A DNA stretch of 64,000 nt from a virus (taxonomy: Duplodnaviria; Caudoviricetes), in the IMG/VR virus record IMGVR_UViG_3300028048_000039, positions 128,001-192,000 of that record; one strand, 5' to 3'. The notes beneath the pieces were generated by a model, which saw nothing but the letters and a program-made list of their open reading frames with translations, did no database searches and was not told where the DNA came from. Position 1 is the stretch's first letter. The number at the start of each line of letters is the position of its first letter. The translations under genes were made by a program, and so were the position numbers. Shown here piece after piece: positions 58,750 to 64,000 of the stretch.

Positions 58750-58845
58750 ATTTCCCTAACCATCGTCCCCGGAGTAGTACCATTTTCCTAATCACCATTC
58801 CCGGAAAAACTATTACTTCGCCAAACGTCACCATTCCCGGAACAA
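58750..58845 (+). repeat. Degenerate ~33-36-bp tandem repeat (x3)
   Basis: TCACCATTCCCGGAA at 58792 and 58828; related CCATCGTCCCCGGA at 58760. Confidence 0.6.
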
Positions 58846-58922
58846 TGCCATGAATGAAAGAGAAATGGGCCAGGAGAACTTCCTGACCCAAGCCAATCTT
58901 AATTAATTAAGAAATTTTTTCA

Positions 58923-59153
58923 TTAATTCCCTTCTGGTTCATCCTTATCGGACTCAGTGTTTCCAGAATATTTCCCATATCCATAGGTTTTATCAAGCCT
59001 ACCGCAACCCTGAATGAGGAAAAATATTGCGATTATGAACAAAGCAATGTTCGCAAAACTTGTAATAAAGGTAACTGTGGTTGCCAAGTAGAAACAGCCA
59101 CAGGAGAGGAGAAATACTCCCAAGGTAATTAATTTTTCTAAGAATTGCATCAT
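58923..59153 (-). CDS. Small two-TM membrane protein
   Basis: CTATTTAT upstream (59176-59183); two hydrophobic helices. Confidence 0.6.
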   Translation of the reverse strand: MMQFLEKLITLGVFLLSCGCFYLATTVTFITSFANIALFIIAIFFLIQGCGRLDKTYGYGKYSGNTESDKDEPEGN

Positions 59154-59276
59154 AAAGTATTAAGTTTTAGTGTATATAAATAGTTTAAAGAAGCGGAAAG
59201 GTTTTTGGCGAATAGTTGCTATTTATAATACACACTAGTGTTAAAAATAACGTTTTTATAAAAGCTTTTATTAATT

Positions 59277-59723
59277 ATGAAAAAGATAAGATTGAATGAA
59301 ACGACGCTTAAGAAAATCGTTGCTGAAAGTGTTGTGAAAGCAATGAAGATGCTTAATGAGATGGACCAGGATGTCTACAACAGGGCTGCTGACAAGGCAA
59401 AGGAACTTGGACAGCATCAGAGAGCAATGAGGTTTAATAATCATGCAGCAAGTATTGCCAGGCGTAGGGCTACTGACTATGTTGCTGATGTTAACAGGAA
59501 TTATATCACTTACAAGACCGTTACAGGAAAGGAATGGACTATTAACGCCAAAGTAAGAACTGATGAGAGAAATTATATTTATAATGTAAATGACCTTGCA
59601 GAGAATGGTGTTCCTGCTTCTCTCCGTACAACTGATGTTCGCACTGCCAAGTATGTTGCTGACTGGTGCAACAGGTATTCAACCAACAAGAAAGATTTCA
59701 CGAAGAATGACTTCATTGCGTAG
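59277..59723 (+). CDS. Leader-bearing small protein
   Basis: 'LNETTLKKIVAESVVKAMKMLNE'; CTATTTAT upstream; terminator 59747-59785. Confidence 0.75.
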   Translation: MKKIRLNETTLKKIVAESVVKAMKMLNEMDQDVYNRAADKAKELGQHQRAMRFNNHAASIARRRATDYVADVNRNYITYKTVTGKEWTINAKVRTDERNYIYNVNDLAENGVPASLRTTDVRTAKYVADWCNRYSTNKKDFTKNDFIA

Positions 59724-60029
59724 ACTTCTTCTCTCTTTAATTGGATATGGGTGGCAAAGAAATTTTGCTGCCCATTTTCTTTTTCTTCCTTAATGTGACA
59801 TCATTTTCTCTAAATGATTATTTTTCAACTACTTATAAGTATTGTGCAAACCATTTGCGTAGATAAATGATTGTAATGATTATAATTATAGCTACGCAAA
59901 CCCTTTGCGTAGTGGGCAGGTGCGCAATGTGGTTGCGTAGGGTGGGATGTGGGTGTGACGGAGACTATATAATTCATTAGTCGAGACATGTTGGAGAAAG
60001 CATAATCCATTAGTCCCATTGACTCCTGA

Positions 60030-60176
60030 CGCCATTTTTTTTGGCTTCCCCCTGTACTGCAGGTGGGCTATTTAAAAAATTTTAAGCTAAGTCATCCATT
60101 TTTAAGTTTTAGTGGCGGGGTCCAGAACCTTCCGCTGGTTAAACAATCTAGTTACCGGAGGGGATTACCCTCCACA
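60030..60176 (-). ncRNA. Candidate structured RNA / leader
   Basis: Three consecutive hairpins downstream of a minus-strand promoter (60181-60201); no convincing ORF. Confidence 0.35.
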
Positions 60177-60263
60177 TTATTAATATACAAAAACCATGCC
60201 ACAATTCCAAATTTTTTGGGAAAAGATACTATTTATCTAACAGAATGAAAAAAGTGGATGTAT

Positions 60264-60497
60264 ATGAAAATTAGAGAGTTATTTAAAAACCATTATACGG
60301 TAGCGTTCTTCTCAACGCTGGTAATATCGATTGGACTAATGATAACGTCCTTCTTCATGCCCCCTAAGGGAGTTATTGACTCAAGTGTACTTAAGGCTTC
60401 TGCTGAAATGTTCTTATGGCCAACACTTGCATTTGGTGTAAAGGCTGTTTATGAATGTAAGAATAGAAAGGCTGCTGAGGAAGAGGAGAAGAAATAG
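60264..60497 (+). CDS. Small membrane protein (holin-like size and topology)
   Basis: CTATTTAT upstream; 2 hydrophobic segments, charged tail. Confidence 0.55.
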   Translation: MKIRELFKNHYTVAFFSTLVISIGLMITSFFMPPKGVIDSSVLKASAEMFLWPTLAFGVKAVYECKNRKAAEEEEKK

Positions 60498-60622
60498 GGG
60501 TCCGCAACTGCGTACTACACATGCCGTGAAACCGGGTTTTCGTCGTTCCGGGGAAAAAATTAGGGCACACCAGGATTTGGTATGCCCATTTTCTTTATGA
60601 AAGATATTAATGAAAAGCTCTC

Positions 60623-61579
60623 TTATGATAAATGTCCTTCCAGTTCTTTTGCCTTATCAAGATACCATTGTTCTTTTCTAATATCCTGTTCAGCACTTTC
60701 CCCTGGCTTTGTTCCTGCTCTCATTCTATACTTGAAAGCATTTAGCTTACAGAAGGAAATTGTCTCATGCACACCAAACAACCTTGTCATCATATCAATT
60801 ACTTCCATGTCGTAGTTGTTGTAGTGCTTTGGGTGATTAACAAACTCGTACTTAGGAAGCTCATCACTTTCAGTAGCTATTGGCTCTTTCGCTATAGGCT
60901 CAGAAGCTTCTGGTGGACATGTATTATCCCAGGCCATTGCTGGACGGTTCTTCTTTGTGTAGAAATTGGACAGGTCTTCAGGAATATCATCCACACCGAC
61001 GATAGCCTTCGTTGCATTATCCAGGGCTGTCTTTGCCTGATATATATCATGTATATCTTCTATCTCACTGCCAGCGGAAGACTTGCATTCATTTCTATGC
61101 TTATTTATTTCTTCAGCCATCTTCCTGGAATTCTCGTATATCTTTGTTGGGACATTCTTAAAGTTCTCCTTAGCGATATTTATTCTGCTTTCACGAACCC
61201 CATCTATTCCGGAGGCTGGGTTCTCCTTATTAACAGCTTCCCTGGATTCACGTACATCATCTGGGTTATAACCACCGACAAACGGCGTTGGTTTTGGCTT
61301 ACTATCCATAGAATCCTTAATACTGTCCTGACGCAAGTCACACGGACTGTTCCTCCTCATATCGTCAATCATACCGGTCTCAGCGAAAACCCTAACCTTA
61401 CGGCCATCCTCGTCGAAGTAAGCTACCTCTTCAAGGTCTTCCTTAGGAAGTTCATTCTTTATGTTCTGAAGAACCTCAGGGGTTGTATGAATCTTGCAGG
61501 AACTAACTTTATCAGCAAGGTTTTCTTTTTTGAATGCATTCTTTGCTTTCTCTTCCAAATCTTTAATCTTAATCTTCAT
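60623..61579 (-). CDS. Protein with C-terminal DUF3310 (T7 gp1.7/SaV-like nucleotide kinase) domain
   Basis: 'VNHPKHYN...IDMM...FCKLNAFKYR.RAG.K....QDI.K..WYL'. Confidence 0.75.
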   Translation of the reverse strand: MKIKIKDLEEKAKNAFKKENLADKVSSCKIHTTPEVLQNIKNELPKEDLEEVAYFDEDGRKVRVFAETGMIDDMRRNSPCDLRQDSIKDSMDSKPKPTPFVGGYNPDDVRESREAVNKENPASGIDGVRESRINIAKENFKNVPTKIYENSRKMAEEINKHRNECKSSAGSEIEDIHDIYQAKTALDNATKAIVGVDDIPEDLSNFYTKKNRPAMAWDNTCPPEASEPIAKEPIATESDELPKYEFVNHPKHYNNYDMEVIDMMTRLFGVHETISFCKLNAFKYRMRAGTKPGESAEQDIRKEQWYLDKAKELEGHLS

Positions 61580-61618
61580 CTCTTTATCTGTTTTATTAAT
61601 AACGTTATTATATTCTAG

Positions 61619-62470
61619 TTATGCCTTAACAGTGGAAAGAGCCACTTTAAGTTTCTCCTCCGCCTTCTTTCTTATCTGGCGAATTCTCTCAGATGTATAA
61701 TCCATCTTCTCACCAATCTCATAATCCTTGTACTGTCTATCAACACCAATTCCATATGCTAAACAGAGTATTTCCCTCTCCTTGGTAGATAATGTCAGCA
61801 TTGCCTTTCTCATATTGTCAGATATCTCATCTCTCTCGCTAGCCTCTTCAAAGGCATTCATGGAAGAGGTCCTGAGGTTAAACTCTTCATCCTGGACCTC
61901 ACGATTATCGTCGTCATTGTATGTCTCCTGGATATAGCTCAGGTCTACACCGTACAGGTCTGAACGGCTCTTAATCTTAATACCATAAAGTTCCTGGATG
62001 TAATTTATTAGCTCATCCTCTGTGGCTTCACGCTCGTGTTCCTGGAAAAACCTAGCCTTAGCCTTTTTAATCTTTGGCTGCATGGTATAGTTAGCTGGAA
62101 CCACGAGTGGAGCGGTTCTGGTGAGATAGAGGTTCACCCTCTGATGAATATAATGCCTTGCGAGTGTCCAGAATCTGGTACCTGTGGTAGCGTCATACTC
62201 TTCGAGTGCATCCTCGATACCAAGAATTGATTCCTGGAAAAGGTCATCGAAATCATTTCCGGTTCCTGCGAAGTCCTTAACGAGCTTGATAATGTATCTG
62301 AGGTTACCGGTGATAAGCTTATTCCTGGCTGTCACCTTCTCTTCCTCACTGGACTTCTCATCCTTATAGATGTTGATAAGCATCATTTCCTCCTCTACGG
62401 AGATTGTGTCATTTGCATTTGCTGCCTTAAAAATGGCATTCACAGTGTTTGTTCTCTCAATAAAATTCAT
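61619..62470 (-). CDS. Phage-encoded sigma70-family factor (Bacteroidetes RpoD-like size, no region 1.1)
   Basis: Region 2 'NLRYII...DLFQE..LGI..A.E.YD...G.RF'; region 4 'LS.KERE.L...YGI...EIG.....T.ERIRQI'. Confidence 0.9.
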   Translation of the reverse strand: MNFIERTNTVNAIFKAANANDTISVEEEMMLINIYKDEKSSEEEKVTARNKLITGNLRYIIKLVKDFAGTGNDFDDLFQESILGIEDALEEYDATTGTRFWTLARHYIHQRVNLYLTRTAPLVVPANYTMQPKIKKAKARFFQEHEREATEDELINYIQELYGIKIKSRSDLYGVDLSYIQETYNDDDNREVQDEEFNLRTSSMNAFEEASERDEISDNMRKAMLTLSTKEREILCLAYGIGVDRQYKDYEIGEKMDYTSERIRQIRKKAEEKLKVALSTVKA

Positions 62471-62550
62471 ATCCTTCTCAAATTTTAAAATGTTAAATTA
62501 TTTCTTTCTTCACTTGTATATACTCCACCTATCACAAAATCTCACATATT

Positions 62551-62579
62551 AATATACAAAAATTTTATTGATATGTCAA
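62551..62579 (-). promoter_or_regulatory. Canonical sigma70-type promoter upstream of the sigma gene
   Basis: TTGACA-N17-TATATT on the minus strand. Confidence 0.6.
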
Positions 62580-62600
62580 GTCTTTTTCATAAAGATTACT

Positions 62601-62685
62601 ATCAAATCCTGTGCCAGACTATTCTTTCTGCCAAAGTTTTTTTTCGGTAACCCTTACATTAATATATATTGCAAATCCCGTGCCA
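62601..62685 (-). promoter_or_regulatory. Two sigma54 (-24/-12)-type promoters
   Basis: TGGCACGGGATTTGCA (62670-62685, perfect consensus) and TGGCACAGGATTTGAT (62601-62616). Confidence 0.6.
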
Positions 62686-62754
62686 AACTATCATTTCCTG
62701 GAAAAGATTTTTCATTGCGCAACGAAATTGCGTAGCTAACTAGCTCTGTTATAA

Positions 62755-63040
62755 TAAAAAAACCCCGGAAACCACGAGAAGCTTCCGGGGAGGCACGATG
62801 TAAGTAAGGTAAACAGGAAACGTTCTCTGCCATTTTTGACCAAGAGGGCCGGGACTAGCAAAACCCATTGATGTTAGTAATTGTTAAACGTATTAAAACA
62901 ATTGCTGCACGTTTCCTTAACTTTGGTCCCAGAACCAGTTTCACCCAACTCTGGGACAATGAGTAGAGGACAGCAAAACCGGGTTGCCCGGCAAAAAGGA
63001 GGTGTTTGGGAGGTTGCCGTCCTCAGAATACCTTTAAGTA
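62755..63040 (-). ncRNA. Candidate ~285-nt multi-domain ncRNA with an anti-SD-like loop
   Basis: Own -33/-7 promoter (63046-63076) and terminator (62755-62790); three helical domains whose G-U pairs only work on the minus strand. Confidence 0.65.
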
Positions 63041-63077
63041 CAATGTAAATATACAAAAACTTTTTTAAAAAACAAAA

Positions 63078-63995
63078 TTAATCTTCATTTTCTTCTTCAA
63101 AATCTACATATCTGTCCAGCTTAATGAATTTAGGGGGGATATTATCTGTGGTATAGAACCCACACTTCGGCATATTCGGGTCAGTTTCGAAGTGGATGTT
63201 TTCAGGGAGCTTTTCTGTATTCACCTTAAGTACGGCATATATTCCTTCGTTCCTTGGATTCACTTGTGAGTTTGTCCAGTAGATTGGCTTTGCCCACCCA
63301 TCCATTTCATTTTTATCTATTCCACCCATGAAGTAAATCCTCTCAGGGTAATTGAACAGTTTATTCTTACTACCTGGCACTAGTCCAATTTTCATTATCT
63401 TCTTAAGGTTATACCTAGGAGTGTAATGGTAGAGGACCTTAGGAAGCTTATCCTTCTTCAGCTTATCTGTAAATTTACGCTCGCACTGTATGCGAACCCA
63501 CTGGTCATTCATGAACATGAAAGGAAAACCTTGGGCAAGATTAATCACACCGGGGTACCAGCCACAGTAATCTAGTGCACGTAGAACCAGCTTAATGTTA
63601 TCCCCAATGTTTGGAATCATCAGGAAAAATCTGTTCGGGTCATCCTCAAATGTCCCAAGCTGGAAATCCTCTAGCTGGAAATGTTTCTTGATGTAGTCCA
63701 TGGTTTTCTCAATTGGATAAGTCTTAATGAGGCCTTCGTCGAGTACTCCAGCCATCATCAGGGACAGTGGATTTGACATTGTTGGAGTACCGCTGGTTAA
63801 TGCATAGAGCTTTACTGCCTTATTAGGGTCACCCTTGCATTCACGAAACCATTCCTTTGGTGCTGGCTTCCTCTTCTTCCAATCAGCATATGCTTTATCA
63901 ATAGCTTTCTTAGCCTCAGCTACAATATCTACATTATTTATTTTCTTCTTCAGCATCTTCAATTCTTTTATATATTTTATTAAAGACTTCTTCAA
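63078..63995 (-). CDS. ADP-ribosyltransferase-fold (Tpt1/KptA-like) C-terminal domain protein; start may lie beyond the window
   Basis: 'LYHYT...NL.KI.K.GL.P', 'RIYF', 'DPN....FYT.DNIPP..I'. Confidence 0.6.
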   Translation of the reverse strand: MKKSLIKYIKELKMLKKKINNVDIVAEAKKAIDKAYADWKKRKPAPKEWFRECKGDPNKAVKLYALTSGTPTMSNPLSLMMAGVLDEGLIKTYPIEKTMDYIKKHFQLEDFQLGTFEDDPNRFFLMIPNIGDNIKLVLRALDYCGWYPGVINLAQGFPFMFMNDQWVRIQCERKFTDKLKKDKLPKVLYHYTPRYNLKKIMKIGLVPGSKNKLFNYPERIYFMGGIDKNEMDGWAKPIYWTNSQVNPRNEGIYAVLKVNTEKLPENIHFETDPNMPKCGFYTTDNIPPKFIKLDRYVDFEEENED

Positions 63996-64000
63996 TCGAC

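Noticed and set aside
58750-58845. CRISPR mini-array
   Set aside because: Only 15 bp identical, period ~33-36 bp is too short for repeat plus spacer, and no cas genes
59912-59955. G-quadruplex
   Set aside because: Four GGG runs exist but the first loop is >20 nt; weak support
59825-60248. Short ORFs 59825-60019 and 60063-60248
   Set aside because: Atypical composition, no translation signals, overlap motif-rich non-coding DNA
60767-61618. 283-aa plus-strand ORF
   Set aside because: Antisense shadow of the DUF3310-domain gene
62874-63056. 60-aa minus-strand ORF
   Set aside because: Its TTG start lies inside the promoter -7 element; the region is better explained as structured RNA
1-64000. 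TAG-to-Gln recoding as in Lak megaphages
   Set aside because: Long genes are intact in the standard code, and TAG stops are directly followed by new starts (e.g. 5903, 6953, 9509, 26790)

Overview
A 64-kb, AT-rich, gene-dense segment of a large ('huge/jumbo') tailed phage genome, most likely infecting Bacteroidota (Prevotella/Bacteroidales-like). The host inference rests on ~20 copies of the Bacteroidetes TTTG-N(19-21)-TAnnTTTG promoter, a short Bacteroidetes-type sigma factor and a Bacteroidales-like rfbC. The standard genetic code is used (TAG is a stop). Layout: (1) 0-8 kb, nucleotide/RNA-repair-type genes (PNK-like kinase, DUF2828/vWA protein, metallophosphoesterase, AAA ATPase) and a phosphatase-PRTase fusion. 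(2) 8-12.3 kb, a putative late tail-fibre-like operon containing a lipoate-ligase-fold gene. (3) 12.4-53.7 kb, a very large co-oriented accessory array built from at least 7 paralog families with conserved ends/junctions and swapped middles, plus RNA ligase, HNH nucleases, an orphan DNA MTase, rfbC, a HindII/Hpy166II-like type II R-M pair and DUF932. (4) 53.7-64 kb, stand-alone genes behind a CTATTTAT motif that share an N-terminal 'I.ES.L.KIV.ESV..L.E' leader, long repeat-rich non-coding tracts, a phage sigma factor preceded by sigma54-type promoters, candidate structured ncRNAs (one displays an anti-Shine-Dalgarno mimic) and an ART-fold gene. Best candidates for undescribed systems: (a) leader-tagged, late-expressed, probably capsid-packaged effector proteins; (b) module-shuffling 'Lego' gene families; (c) the anti-SD-bearing ncRNA together with strong SD motifs at gene junctions. 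All product calls come from motif recognition by eye; no database searches were run.
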